Source of the DNA: the human T2T-CHM13v2.0 reference genome, Homo sapiens | DNA length: 64,000 bases | Reading direction: 5' to 3' (one strand) | Assembly (NCBI RefSeq): GCF_009914755.1 | Contig: NC_060940.1 | Part shown: in pieces, positions 13,246 through 33,910 of the stretch | Position numbering within the stretch: the stretch's first letter is position 1 | Layout of the letters: each line of letters begins with the position of its first letter | Program-made: the position numbers and the translations under genes | Notes under the pieces: generated by a model | The model's database searches: none | Told to the model about the DNA's origin: nothing | Seen by the model: the letters and a program-made list of their open reading frames with translations, nothing else

Positions 13246-13654
13246 TGTGTTAGTGTGTTTGTGTTGTTGTAAAACAAATAACTAAGACTGGGTCATTTAT
13301 AAAGAAAATAGATTTATTTGGCCCTTGGTTCTGCAGATTGTACACAATGCATAGTGTCAGCATCTGCTTGTGGTGAGGGCCTCAGGAAGATTACAATCAT
13401 GGCAGAATTTGAAGGGGAGCCAGCATGTCATAGGGCAAGAGAGGGAGCAAGAGAGAGAGAGGGAAGGTGCCACACTCTTAAACAACTAGATCTCCTGTAA
13501 ACTCTTTACCACTTATTACCCAAGGGAGGGAACCAAACCATTCATGAGGGATTTGCCCCCATGACCTAATACCTCCCACTAGGCCTCACATCCAACAATA
13601 CAGGTCACATTTTAATATGAGATTTGGAGGGGATAAAACATCCAAACCATATCA
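13246..13654 (-). mobile_element. MSTA/MSTB (ERVL-MaLR) solo LTR
   Basis: Ends ...catccaaaccatatca (reverse complement TGATATGGTTTGGATG). Internal MST motifs gagggcctcaggaag..tacaatcatggcagaa. Confidence 0.85.
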
Positions 13655-14484
13655 ACTGTTCACTGCTAACTACTAAATCAAAGAATTAATTTTTTACAGG
13701 CAATGTATTTTTTTTCTTCATTCAAAAGAAAAATACTTGACTGGACCTTATGAGGAGAAAATGTTAATCTCTTGCAGTTTTTAATTAAATAAAATAATTT
13801 GAGGCTATTTTTGCAAATTAAGGCCATTGAGAAGGACTCTAGACTGTAAAAAGATTCCAGACATTTTCTATAAACATATTTCATTATATATATATATATA
13901 TATATATATAGTTGTTATCATAGTAGATTTACGCCATTGCCATCTGGAAGTAATTCCCTTATTCAACACAGAAGGATTTCTCATCCTTCTCCTAAATATT
14001 TTCTTCTAGCTCAGAGTGCCTGTGGCCAAAAACAAGAGATTTTAAAACAACAACAAAAACAAAAAATTCTGCTATCCCCATATGGGTTATCTTTCTTTTG
14101 TAGTCTTCTTTTTACTTGAGTTAAAATATTTCCTTTGAATTCAGATTGACAAAGATATTGAAGGACATCGAATGTCGTTTAGAGCACTGTTCCTGCGCCT
14201 GTTTTCACTAGATCAATAGTGGAGGTGACTGGAGATATTGGAAGAAAGAAATAAACTAGGGTAGCTCATATCACCCATTCCATGTTTTTTGTCTTTAGGA
14301 TGTCCCAGCCTGCAGTGAAAATGAATTCTGTTCTGCCTCTGCTATGCGGTAAATTTAGCAATAAAGTTTCTGCTCTGTGCCCTGTACTGGAGTGTAGTGT
14401 AGGAAAATCCCTGTTGCTAAGCACCACGCCAACAACACCATGAGCTACAGAGCTCACATGTTTATTTCATTATGCTTTACTTCT

Positions 14485-14761
<277 letters not shown>

Positions 14762-15427
14762 TTCATTATGCTTTATTTCTATGTCTATCTTGAATTGTTT
14801 CATATTCAGAGAAAACAGGAAGGTAAGTTGTTAACATTCTTCATTGCAACAAATTTTTAGAACTAATTCTATATTGAGGAATGTCTTACATTTTAACCAA
14901 AACCTTTTGATAAATTACAAAGTTGCTGAATATATCTAGATCTAAATCTTAAACTATATCTATAGCTATTATATAGATGTATATGATTTATCAAGAGCTA
15001 TTATCTGGAATATATACTTGATTCCTTTTACAATTTTCATAATGTAACCAGAAAATGACCCTTGAGATCCTTGAGAGTGATTATATAAACATACCCTTGA
15101 TTTGCTATCTCCAGCCTAATTATCACAGTTAAAATTTTGGTATCAAAAATGGAGCAAAGATAATAAGACTTGTAAAGCAGCAGACCTTACAAAATGTTAA
15201 AAACAATTTTATTTACATAGTGCATCCACACAGACCTAATTATATGTATTAAACCTAATGTTTAACATTATTAGCAAGTCAGAGAATTTAGAAAAATCAG
15301 ACATAATTTTAGATAAAATAAATATTAATACTAGTCATTAATATAATCCCTGTTTGATAAAATGACTATATGAAAATAACTGCCCTCAAATTATTTTCAG
15401 CTCACATATTTTTAATGAAAGGAGATG

Positions 15428-16878
<1,451 letters not shown>

Positions 16879-17142
16879 GCAAAGTGATTTAAATTTATCA
16901 ACAATTTTATCTTAACGCAAAATTTTTGTCATTTGTGATATTTTCCAATAGCTTATCCGAATTCCTTAGGATCAGATTTCAAAATAAGATTTCCAAGTCA
17001 GATTCTTTGAAATTACAATCCAAAAATATTTAGATTTTAGAAAGGTAATGTGGTAAATATTCTGCCTATTATGGAATAACTCTAGTGGCAAATCATATGA
17101 ATAATCACATGAACTGGGATCAATAAGACTATAAATACCCCT

Positions 17143-17616
<474 letters not shown>

Positions 17617-17867
17617 CTATAAATACCCCTACATCAGCATAGATCAGATTTTCCAAAACTTAGGTTTAGGTATTCATAACTGTTGAATTTTGTAATTCCA
17701 CATGAAGAATTGTAGATCTGCATATATTTTCAAATACTAATATTTATAATTACATAGTTTATAATTTATAAGTCCAATTTTTGGTTATTTTCATTATTAA
17801 TACTTTTCCAGTCATCTACCCTTTCTAAAAGAGAATACAAAATGCTTCTTTTCCTTTTTTTTTGTTT

Positions 17868-20800
17868 TCAAGGCTAGAACCAAGATGGGGCAAAGGCCGG
17901 GGCAGATCTAGGGCACAAGCAGGGCAGGCTAGGGCAGGGCAATGGCAGGGCCAGCCATGGCAGGGCACAGGTGGGGCAGGGTCAGTGCCACGGCTGGGGC
18001 AGGACAAGGACGAGGACCGGGGTCCAGGCCAGGGCAAGGGTATGGCCAGGGCAGAGGTAGGGCCAGAGCCAGGGTCTGGGCAGGACCAAGGCAGGTCCAT
18101 TGCAGGGCCAGGGTTCAGACCAGGGCCAGAGTAGGGCTGGGACAGGGCCAGGGCCAGGACCTGGAAAGGGCAATGTCAGGACAAGGGCCATGGCAGGACC
18201 AGCAACGGGGCTAGGGCCAGGACAGGGACAGGGAGAGGGTCAGGGCTAGGGCCAGAATAGCATACCAGGGTAGAGCCAGGCCAAATTAGGGCCAGGACAG
18301 GGTCAGGACCAGGGCTGGGTCAGTGTATGGCCTTAAGTATTGAAGGGCCAGGGCCAGGGTCCATGCCAGTGCCAGCGCCGGTCTAGGGCAGAGGCAGGGC
18401 TATGGCCAGGTCTAGGACAAGGCTGGGGCAGGGCCAAGTTCTGGGTCAGGGTCAGCACAAGACCAGGACAGAGCCAGGAGAGGGACAAGGCTGTGGTCGG
18501 GCCAGGTTAACTCAGGGACAAGACACCTGAAAATCCACTTCAGGGCCAGGGTCAGGGCAGCACCAGTTCAGGGCCAGGGCCAAGACAGGGCCAGGGCCAG
18601 AGCTGTCAGGGTTATTGGCAGGGCAAGGGCCATGGCAGGACCAGGGTCAGGAGCAGGGGTCAATGCCAGGCCAAGGCCACAGATAGGACCAGGTCTGTGC
18701 TAGGGCCAGTGTGAGAGCCAAGGCAGGGTCAGGGCAGGGCCAAAGGGAGGGCAGGGCCAGGGCAGGGTGGAGCAGGCCCAGGGTAGCACAGGGTTAAGGT
18801 AGGGCACGACCAACCAGGGCAGGTCTATGTCTGGGGCTGTGGCAGGGCCACGTCCAGGGCAGGGCCAGAGCCAGGGCAGGGCCAAGACAGTGGCAGCTCC
18901 AGGGCAGGGCCAGGGTTAGGACCACGGACATTTCCAAGGCCAGTGCCAGGGCAAGGGCAAGGGCAGGGCAGGGCCAGGTTCATCTAAGAACCAGGGACAA
19001 AGCCAGGCCCACAGCAGGGCCAGGACAAGCACCTGGCAGGGCTAGCATCTGGGACAGGGCCATGGCAGGGCCAGGGCCACAAGCAGGTCTGTGCTATGGC
19101 CAGGTCCAACACAGTGCCCAAGTAAGGCTAGGGTGAAGGTCAAGGTAGGGCCAGGGCAGGGTCAAAGCCAGGCTAGGGCCAAGGCAGGGGCAGGGCCGGA
19201 AGGCAGGGCCAGGAAAGCATAGGGCCAAGGCAGGGCAGGGCCAGGCCAGTGCCAAGACCTGGGCAGGGCCAGGGAACAGCCAGGGCAGGGCCAGGGCCAG
19301 GGCCATGGCCATGGCCTGGGCAGGTCCAGGTTTGGGGCAGGAGCAAAACAAGGGCAAGGACAGTGCAGGATCTTGGCACAGCCAGGGTCCAGGATAGTGT
19401 CAGGGCAGGGCCAAGGCAGGGTCTGGGCCATGGTAAGACCAGCAACAGGGCTGGGGCTAGGCCAGTGACAGGACCAGAGTCAGAGCAAGGGCCAGAGCAG
19501 TGCAAGGCCAGGGTAGGGCCAGGCATTTCAGGGTCAGGGCCAGGGGAGAACCAGGACAAGGTCTCAAGCAGGGAAGGGCCAGGGCCAGGGCCAGGACAGG
19601 TCCAGGGCAGGGCCATGACAGGGTCAGGGGCTGCGTTAGGGCAAGGGCAGGGCCAGAGCAAGGTAAGGGTCAGGGCCAAGGCTGGGGTAGGGACAGGGCA
19701 AGAAATATGTCAGGACCAGGGGCAATGCCAAGGCCAAGGCTGGGCCAGGGCTGAGCCAGGCCAGAGTCAGGGCAGGGCAGGGCAGGGCATGGTATGACCA
19801 GTGCAGGACAGGACAAGAGCCGGTCCACAGAGAGAGCAGGGCTGATGCCAAGAAAAAGCCACGCTAGTGTCAAGGCTGAGGAAGTGTCAGAGCATATCCA
19901 GGGCAGGGCTGGGTCCAGGGCCAGAATCGAGCCAGGGCACAGCCAAGGCAGGGTAGGGCAGGGAAATAGCAGCAGGGCCTAGCGAAGACTAGGGTGAGGG
20001 CTAAGGTAAGGCCAGGGCAGGGTCAAAGGCAGAGTAGGGCCAGGGCAGCATGATGACACATCCAGAGCACAGCAGGGCAGGGTGATGGCAAGACCAGGGG
20101 CAGACCACTGCCAGCTCAGGGCCAGGGAAAGGCCAGTGCAGGGCCAGGAAAGGGTCTGGGTCTGGGTCAGGGCCAGGAACAAGGCAGAGGAGGGCCAGGG
20201 CCATGGCAGAGTCAGGGCAGGTCCTTGACAGGACCAGGTTCCAGGCCAGGGCCAGGGCAGCAGCAGGGGCAGGGCCTGGATAAGGGTAGGGCCAGGGATA
20301 TGCCAGGACCAGGGCTAGGGCCAGGGACAGGCCATAGTGAGGGCAGGGCAAAAGCCAAGGCAGGGTCAGGGCAGGTCCAGGGAGCGGCCAGCACCAAGCG
20401 GGGCCAAGGCACAACCATTGGGTAAGGCAGGGCAATGGCACCACTGGGCCATGACAGGGCAAGGTCAGTGCCAGGAGAGGGCAGAACAGGCAGGCCCATG
20501 GTGGGGCCAGGGCAGGGATGGGCCAAAGCAGGGCCAGGACATGTCCAAGGCCAGGTCAGGGCCAGAACAGGAGCAGGACCATGACCATTGGCAGGGCCAG
20601 TGCCACGACAGGACAAGGGTCAGGACAAGGGGCAGGGCCAGAGCCAGGGCCAGAGCCAAGGTCAGGCCAGTGCAGGTTCAGGGCAGGGCCAGTGTCAGGG
20701 CAAGACCAGGGCAGGGACAGGGTATCACAGGGCCAAGACAGGGTCAGGATGGGACCAGAGCAGGACTTGGCCGAAACAGTCCAGGTAATAGTAGGGCAGG

Positions 20801-20870
20801 TACACGGCAAGGCAGGGCAGTACAGGGCCAGATCCATGGCAGGGGCAGGACAAAGCCAGGCCTATTGCCA
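17868..20870. repeat. CAGGG repeat array (GGGCAGGGCCA-type), copy 1, 5'-truncated
   Basis: Dense degenerate cagggc/cagggcca repeats, G-rich on +. Matches the CAGGG repeats described at hominoid pericentromeric duplication boundaries. Confidence 0.92.
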
Positions 20871-22140
20871 ATGCACCAGTCCTCCCTACAAGGCTCCTAC
20901 CACCTGGCCACTGCTGCAGCCCGTCCATCACTGCAAGCCTGACCCCCAACCCTGGCTGCAGCCGCCTGCCCTCCTAGCGCGGCCGCTCTCCTACCGCTCC
21001 GGCGCACTGCAGTCTCCGTTGCTGCCACCCACCTGCAGCGAGGCGAGCCATGGTGTCGCAGGCTCTAGGTGTCTCCTCCTCCTCCTGGCATGGAGCAGCT
21101 GGGCGGGCAAAGCCAGAAAAGCCTAGAGGAAGATGTGAGGGGCGGAAGGGTTAGAGCCTCAACTTGTCATGCTGGCCACTGGGTGGCAGGGGCCAGTTTC
21201 AGCAAAGGCACTCACACCCACCCTCCAAAGTCCAGCCTCTCCTTTTGGTCCAAGCTGGCCCGGAACTGGAGTCTGGGGTGGGTGCTGGAGATACCACAGC
21301 ACCCAGCTCCCCACTCCACAGGAATCATTGGGCCCACTGGGGCTGCACTCCTCGGGGAGCAGGAGAAGCAGAAAAATTCAGACCCAGCCAACCCTCCGCA
21401 CCTAGGTGCCAATTCCTGTTCCAGACGCCTCCACACACAGGGCCCTGTCCCCCGTGGTGTCCCCAGGGGTGCCTGGCAGCCTCTGAGGCACAGACCCAGA
21501 GTGCACAGGCCCAGGAACCACGGTGGGTGTGGGGGCTCTGCCATGCTCAGGATTCCCACGCAAACGCTGCATGCCTGCTGCACTCCAGTATGACCAAGAG
21601 TGGGTCGCCCTCTGGAATGTGGAGTCAGGGAGAGGAGAACCACTCCTTCCTTGGATGCCAACTCTCCTGACCGCCGTCAGCAGTGCAGCCACTGATAGCA
21701 CCGAACTCGCCCCCCCTCCACGGCTAGTCCTGCCCTCAATAGCGCCCCCCACCTCCGTCCCCCAATGCCACCAGTAGCGTATACCCTATAGTGCCCTAAC
21801 GTGTCCTCCTCCATGGGCATTGCAGCCCCAGAAAGTGCCCATAACCCACCCTCCCTGCCGTGGGAAGTGCAGCCCTGTAGAGTGCTACCAACCAGTACCC
21901 CTAATGCAGGCAATGACACCCTGCATAGCGCCCCCAACCCACCCCACACTGCAAAAGGTGCAGCCCTGGATAGCCCCTGTCCTACCACTCTGGTCGTGCT
22001 GCACACTCTGTCACCGCCACCACCAACCACAGTGAGGCAAGCCAGTGGTCCACAAGCTCTAGCACCCAGCAGCCAGGCATGGAGCAGCTCTCACCGATGG
22101 CCAGCTCCTACCACTCTGACCACGCTGCTGTCTCCCTGGC
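20870..22140. repeat. REP522-like GC-rich interspersed repeat, copy 1
   Basis: Recurrent gtgcagccc...atagcgcccccaacccaccc sub-units (21683-21980). Family name from recall. Confidence 0.55.
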
Positions 22141-24185
22141 CATCTTCTTTGACTACAAAGGAATAAAACTAGGTATCAGTAAGAAGAGTAATTTTGGAAA
22201 CAATACAATCACATGGAAGTTAAACACTACCCTCCTGAATAAATGACTAGCGGGTCAATGAAGATACTAAGACAGAAATTCAAAAATTTCATGAAACAAA
22301 GGGTAATGAAAACACAGTATACCAAAACTTGTTACGCAGAAAACAGTACAAAGGCAGAGATTTACACTATAAGTGCCTACCATCCAAACAAAAGAAAAAC
22401 TTCAAATAAACAATACATCTTAAAGAACTAGTAAAGTAAGAACAAACTAAACCGAAATTAAGAAAATAACTAAGATCGTAGCAGAAATAAAATTGAAATA
22501 AGAAACACACAAGATTAAATGAAAAGTTGGTTTTCTGGAAAGCTAAACAAAATTGACAAACTTTTAACCAGGCTAACTAAGAAAAAAGAGACAAGATTCA
22601 AATAAAATCAACAGATTAAAAAAAAGGAGACACTACAACTAATAACTTCAGAAATTCAAAGGATCATAACTGGCTATTACATGCCAATAAATTGGAAAGC
22701 CTAGTAGAAATTGGCAAATTCCTAGATGCATAAAACCTACTTAGGTTGAATAATGAAAATATCCAAGACCAGAACAGATTGGTAACAAGTAATGAGATTG
22801 AAGCCATCAGAAAAAGTCTCCCAGTAAAGAAAAGCCCAGGAACTGATGTCTTCACTGCTGATGGCTTCACACCAAACAATTTAAAGACCTTGTACGAATC
22901 CTACTCAAACTATTTTGAAAAACAGGAGGGAATACTTCCAAACTTATTCTATGAGACCATTATTACTGTGATACCAAAATCAGACAAAGGCATCAAAGAA
23001 GGAAACTACAGGCCAGTATCTCTAATATTGATGCAAAAATCCTCAACGGAATACCAGTGAATCAAATTCAGTAATACATTAAAAAGATAATTCATCATGA
23101 TCAAGTGGAATGTATCCCTGGGATGCAAGGGTCACTCAACATACAATGTGATGCATCATATCAACTAAATAAATGACAAAAACAGTATGATCATGTCAAC
23201 TGAAACTGAAAAAGCATTCGATGAAATTCAACATCCCTTCATGCTATTAATCCTCAAATAAACGGGTACAGAAGAAACATACCACAACATAATAAAAACT
23301 ACAGGAAAGACACCCACAGCTAGAATCATATGGAGGGAGGTCCAGGCTGCAGTGATCTGTGATCCCACCAATGCACTCCAGCCTGGGCAACAGAGTGAAA
23401 CCCTGTCTTAAAAAAATATGTAAAAAGAGGTATGAGCCTCTTTTATAGGTGCAGTGACTCACATCTGTAATGCTAACACTTTCTGGGAGTCTGAGGTGAG
23501 AGGATCTCTTGAGGCCAGGAGTTCAATATCAGCCTGGGCAACATAGCGAGACCCTTCATCTACAAAAAAATTTAAATATTTGCCAGGTGTGGTTGCATGT
23601 GCCTGTATTCTTAAACAATTATCAGATGACCCAGATAGTCTATTCCTTAGGGATATACCCAAGGGAAATGAAAATATACATCCACACTAAAATTTGTACA
23701 CAAATGTTCATAGCAGCATTGTTCATAATAGCCAAAAATTGGAAAAAAAACTCAAGTGCCTATCAACAGAGGAACTGATAAAATATGGTATATCCATTCA
23801 AAAGATTACTCAGCATTAGAAAAGAGTGAAGTGCTGATATACGCTACAGCATGGATAAACCTTGAAAACACTGTGCCAAGTGAAATAAGTCAATCACAAA
23901 AGACCATATGTAGTAAGATTTCATTCTGTGAAATCTCCAGAAGAGCTAAACTCAGAGACAGAAAGTAAGCTAGTTATTGCCAGGGACGAGAGGAAAAGGG
24001 AATAAGGATGACTGCTAATGGGTATGGGATTTCTTGTGGACTGATGAAAATGGTCTGAAAGTATCTAGACACCTGTCTTGTTTGTGTGATTCTGTGAACA
24101 TATTATAAACCATAAAATTCTGCACTCAAGGGGTTGATTTCATGGTAGGTGAATTTATCTCATTTATCTTTATCTCAATAAAGCT
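22140..24185 (+). mobile_element. Old degenerate L1 fragments (ORF2 22140-23330; 3' part 23620-24185) interrupted by Alu fragments
   Basis: Remnants KKSPGTDVFTA, ILPNLFYE, NYRPVSL and LGIYPREMK are typical of L1 ORF2. Many stops and frameshifts. Confidence 0.85.
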
Positions 24186-24377
24186 TTCTAAAGAAACTTT
24201 AAAAAGACATCTGTATAACCTACAAAAATAACACACTGAGAGACTAAAATGCCTAATTTTTCCATTTTTCTTCTTCAGCGCAATCTGAAGTCAAAAAGTC
24301 TTTCCTTCCTATGTATGCATATTTTGTCCAGTGAAACAAGAAACTCTATTAATTTTTTTATTAGAAATAAAAAAAAG

Positions 24378-26186
<1,809 letters not shown>

Positions 26187-26799
26187 TAGTGGATAGTGTA
26201 TACTAAGCAACATATACCCTGCTTTTGCCTAGAACATACTGAAAACATGGCATTAAAACAATCACAAAAGTTGGGAGCTGAGAAAAATCATATACTGTAA
26301 AACAAATCTGACAGATATTAATCTCAGGAAGCTCCTGAAAATGTCTCAAGAACTCCTATGCTGCACTCTCCCTAATAATTTAGACTTTCTACAGATATTT
26401 TCTGATCATCTACCGTGTGTCAGGCACCATGCCAGGTACCAAGATGCCATGGTGAGGAATACACAAAACCGGCTCCTGCTTGCAGGACACCTACTCTCTC
26501 AAACAGTGCTTGCCAAGCTCGACTGATCACAACTTGGGAGCTTGTTTAAGTTCCAAATCGGCTTCCCTGCTTAGGTGAGCCACAATCCGTGGCATTTTTA
26601 TCAGGTGCTCCCAATGATTCCTACGCTCTAACGGGTTTGGGAGGAAAGGGTGGGGGTTAGCTCGAGAGCCCAGACCCATCCCGTCCAGCGGGGGCCCCAC
26701 CTCTAAAGTCCATGTCGCTCAGCATCCTTCCCCCTGACTAGTGGCCCAAACACAGCAGGAAGCTGAGGTGGGTGGAACGCTTTCCAAAACAGCACTCTG

Positions 26800-27900
26800 T
26801 GATGAGCCACCGACAGACTTGCTCACCTCCGGGGACGAAGAGCTCCCTCCTCACAAACCCCACCCAGGAAAGGTAGCACCTGAGCCTCCCGGGCTGCACT
26901 GACACCTGTCTCCCCGCGGGTGCCGCCTACTGCTCCAGTGGACTCCAGTCCCCAGGTTCCGACCCACGGGGACTGGGGAGAGTGGGGGAGGCGCCGCGAG
27001 CATTAGGCGCCGACTGTATACCGACACCCCCTCTCCGGTGTGCGCAGGCCAACACCCATACACACCCTCACACACCCACACCCACTCTAGTGGAAACTGA
27101 GGCAGGCAGGCTTTGGACCAGGTCCCGCCGCCTGAAGGCTCGCAGCTGGGATGGAACCCGGACTGCGAGACGCCTTCCGCCTCACAGGCGCTCCTCAGCC
27201 TCAGGCCCGGCCTGGCTCCCACCGCCGGAGTTTCACAAAGAAAGTCTCCCGGCCCGAGCCCCTCACGCACTCACCGGCACCGACGCCGGCGGCGACTCGG
27301 GCTCCCGCCGCCTTCAGCTCCTTGTGGTGGTTGGCCCTTGGGTGGGCTCCGGCGCCAGCGGCGGCGATTGCTCCATATCCACGGGGTCCGGGCCGCATCC
27401 GCCTCGATCTAACGGTCCCGCCAGCTAGGCGCGCGCGCCGGTTCCGCGCGCCATGTTCCCGCCGTGCTGCGCACCGCCCAGGTGACCCTCGCTGCCCGCT
27501 AACCGCGCGCGCGCCCCCGCGGGCCCACACATGAACCGCGCACGCGCGCGTTAGCCGCACCCCCTCCCCGTGCGCCCCGCCTCACGCCCTCTAGAGCTGG
27601 CGGCTGTTCCCAATGCCTTGCCCACCCCTGCCGGGCCCGTCGGACTCGGCGGGTGAGTGCGTGGTTACCCGCTCCGCACCGCCGCCTGCCTCTCTGCAGA
27701 CCACCCCGGACCCAACCCCTCAGCCACTTCCCCACACTGCCCCTTTCGCTTCCCCCACCACGCGGGGCCTAGGAAGAGGGTCTGGGCCAAGAGGAACTTC
27801 CCCGCAAGAAGTACCGAGCTAAGGACGCTACTAAGGGGGCGGGATCGCCACCGTGGAGGTGTGCGAGCACATGCCTGCGTCAGGGAGACAGCCAGAGTCA
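26800..27900 (-). promoter_or_regulatory. CpG island / promoter duplicated with TTC28 exon 1
   Basis: High CpG density with cgcgcgcg runs and a GC box (ccccgcc ~27575) around and upstream of the exon 1 copy. Confidence 0.8.
27275..27376 (-). pseudogene. TTC28: TTC28 exon 1 coding copy (102 nt) with in-frame TGA at codon 21
   Basis: Translates MEQSPPLAPEPTQGPTTTRS*RRREPESPPASVP versus the recalled TTC28 N-terminus MEQSPPPAPEPTQGPTPARSRRRREPESPPASAP. Intact donor CCG|GTGAGT at 27275/27274; stop at 27316-27314. Confidence 0.9.
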
Positions 27901-27983
27901 ACGGAGAAGCTGAGTTCAAGTCCCACATCTCCACTAACCCTTGCGTGTTAGGGTCAGGGCTTCGGGACTTGTTTCTCCTAAAT

Positions 27984-28287
27984 CTTTTTTTTTTTTTTTT
28001 TTTTTTTTTGAGACAGTCTCGCTCTGTCACCCAGGCTGGAGTGCTGTGGCGCGATCTCGGCTCACTGCAAGCTCCGCCTCCTGGGTTCACGCCATTCTCC
28101 TGCCTCAGTCTCCCGAGCAGCTGAGAATACAGGCGCCTGCCACCACGCCTGCTAATTTTTGTATTTTTAGTAGAGACAGGGTTTCACGGTGTTAGCCAGG
28201 ATAGTCTCCATCTCCTGACCTCGTGATCCTCCCACCTCAGCCTCCCAAAGTGCTGAGATTACAGGCGTGAGCCAGCACGCTCAGCCT
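27984..28287 (-). mobile_element. AluY with TSD tgtttctcctaaatct
   Basis: Alu consensus and a 16-bp direct repeat. Confidence 0.93.
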
Positions 28288-28589
28288 GTTTCTCCTAAAT
28301 CTAAAGACTCAATATAATAATCAAGAGAACACCTCAGCACCGCGCCTAGCACTTAGTAGGTAGTGATCAAGAGAGAAGACCTCTTAAGTGGTTTTAATGG
28401 TTAAGGACCACAGGTTCTCAAGAAAGGGAAATCTCAATTCAAGTCCCACCTCCATCTCTTGGAAACTGAGAAACCTTGAACTAGTCACTCAGAGGAGCCA
28501 AAGATCCTTGATTTCTACATGTGCAAAAGGGGAGTGTGGCAGTAGCACTGCAGAGGGTTGACTGAGCTTTCAGGGTGATGATGACTATA

Positions 28590-30039
<1,450 letters not shown>

Positions 30040-30337
30040 CATATCCCAGGGCCCAATGCCTGGCACACACAAAGCTGAGTTTCACTGGTGTAATTCCCAC
30101 CCTATCCATCCAAGAATCCTAAAAGTTTAATGAAAGGGGCTCTGCTCCCAAAACCCTGTGGTATAAGTAGCTGGGAGGAGTTCGCCCGACTTGGGGCTGC
30201 AAGGACTCTTTCTTCCCACCTGTTTGCTTTCCTTTCTCTCCCCCAAACTTCTCTGAAAACCCTAAAGTTGGCAGAAAAATGGAGAATGTTTTCCCTACTA
30301 ACAAAAAGAATCTTCAAGAGTCTCTTGGGATTTGTAA

Positions 30338-30682
<345 letters not shown>

Positions 30683-31844
30683 TCTAGTTTGGTATTTTTC
30701 TTATTCAAGTAACAAGGAAAAAAAAAATAACTACAACAAGAGTAAAACAGAAAAAAGGAACAAAACTGATAGCATGACTGAAAAGGCCTGGGGTGGTACC
30801 TCACTTCAGGCATAGCTGGATACAGGCACTTATACAAGATAAGTCTCTCTAATCTCTCAGTGCTTGCTTCCCTTTGATTACTTCATTCTCACGCAATTCT
30901 TTCCACATAGTGGCCTGAGCAGCTCCTAACTCACATCTGCGCAAGAAAGCAGAGGCTGTTCCCCAATAGTTCCAGCCAAAGTCCCAGGACTGACTTTCAC
31001 TGGACCCGTTTGGGCCATATGCCCCTGCCTGAGCCAACCACCACATCCAGCCTGGCCAGACCTGGCTTTCATGAAGCTCCTTCAGGAAGCGGTTGGGGTC
31101 ATCCCCTCCAGAAGGACATGGGGAAAACCAGAAAGTGGGAGGAGGGATGCTTCCTTCTGGAAAATAGGGATGCAATTACCACAAGAGGTATCAGGTACAG
31201 GGCTGGCACAAACAAGAGCTATCCACGGCACCATCATGTAGGCATGCAGCAGGTCCACCATGAAGCAACCTGGCTGCTCCGCAAAACGGAGTCACAGTTA
31301 ATTCAGCCAATGAGAAATATCCCTCTACTTGGGTTCCCACCATTCACCCCAGGCCTGGCACGTCCCAAATTTCCTTGGTCAAAGGCAAGCAAATTACCCG
31401 CCTTTTATGCTGCACAAAAAGCTGAAAAGATTGTCTTACTTCTCTGGCTCAAGAACTTTCTATGACTCCCTCTGGCTACTTATGTGGCTCCCCCACCCTT
31501 AATGATAGAAGCCAACATTCATGAATCCCTTACCACATGCCAGGTACCTAATGGACCTGCCTCCTCCAAACAGCGTAGAAGAGGTTGGTACTCTTACTGC
31601 ACCTATTTTATAAATATGGAAACAAAGGCTCAGCAATTTGAGGTAATTTACCCAGAGCCAAAGTTAGGAAGTGCAGAGTTCAGATTAGCACAATATTGTT
31701 CCCGCCATTACCATCCCAGCTCCATTTGTTCATGTTTCAAAGTCTTACACCCACCTCTAGCTAGGGGCCAGTGGGAACCGCTCCACGGCAGAAGAAGCCT
31801 CTAGGAACCCCTTCAGCTTCTGCAGTGGTGGGGCTGGGGAGTAG

Positions 31845-32190
<346 letters not shown>

Positions 32191-32299
32191 TAATGGGATA
32201 GGGAAAAGAATTCCTCCAAGATAAAATTAAAGTGAGGTTAGGAAAGGAAGTAGGTGTTTGTTAGCCTTAAATCAGCAGCTGATTTCTCCCATTGGTGAG

Positions 32300-33476
<1,177 letters not shown>

Positions 33477-33530
33477 TGGAAGATATCATGAGAGGGAGTT
33501 AATACAAAATGCTCTGGAAACAGAGAAGGG

Positions 33531-33840
<310 letters not shown>

Positions 33841-33910
33841 CGGGTTCCGTTGGCCAAAAGGGGGTCTGCTAAGTCGGGTGGGGGGCTTAGGATTTTATTT
33901 TTAGTTCTCA
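33841..33910 (-). mobile_element. 5' ~70 bp of a MER4-group ERV1 LTR, truncated at the Alu
   Basis: Reverse complement TGAGAACTAAAAATAAAATCCTAAGCCCCCCACCCGACTTAGCAGACCCCCTTTTGGCCAA resembles recalled MER4-family LTR starts. Confidence 0.6.

Noticed and set aside
21069-21593. 174-aa ORF preserved in both duplicate copies (also 59206-59730)
   Set aside because: It lies in a GC-rich repeat with overlapping ORFs on both strands. Preservation is expected at such low divergence and does not indicate selection.
22140-24185. The retrotranspositionally active TTC28 intron-1 L1HS
   Set aside because: The L1 here is old, fragmented and full of stops. No full-length young L1 is in the window.
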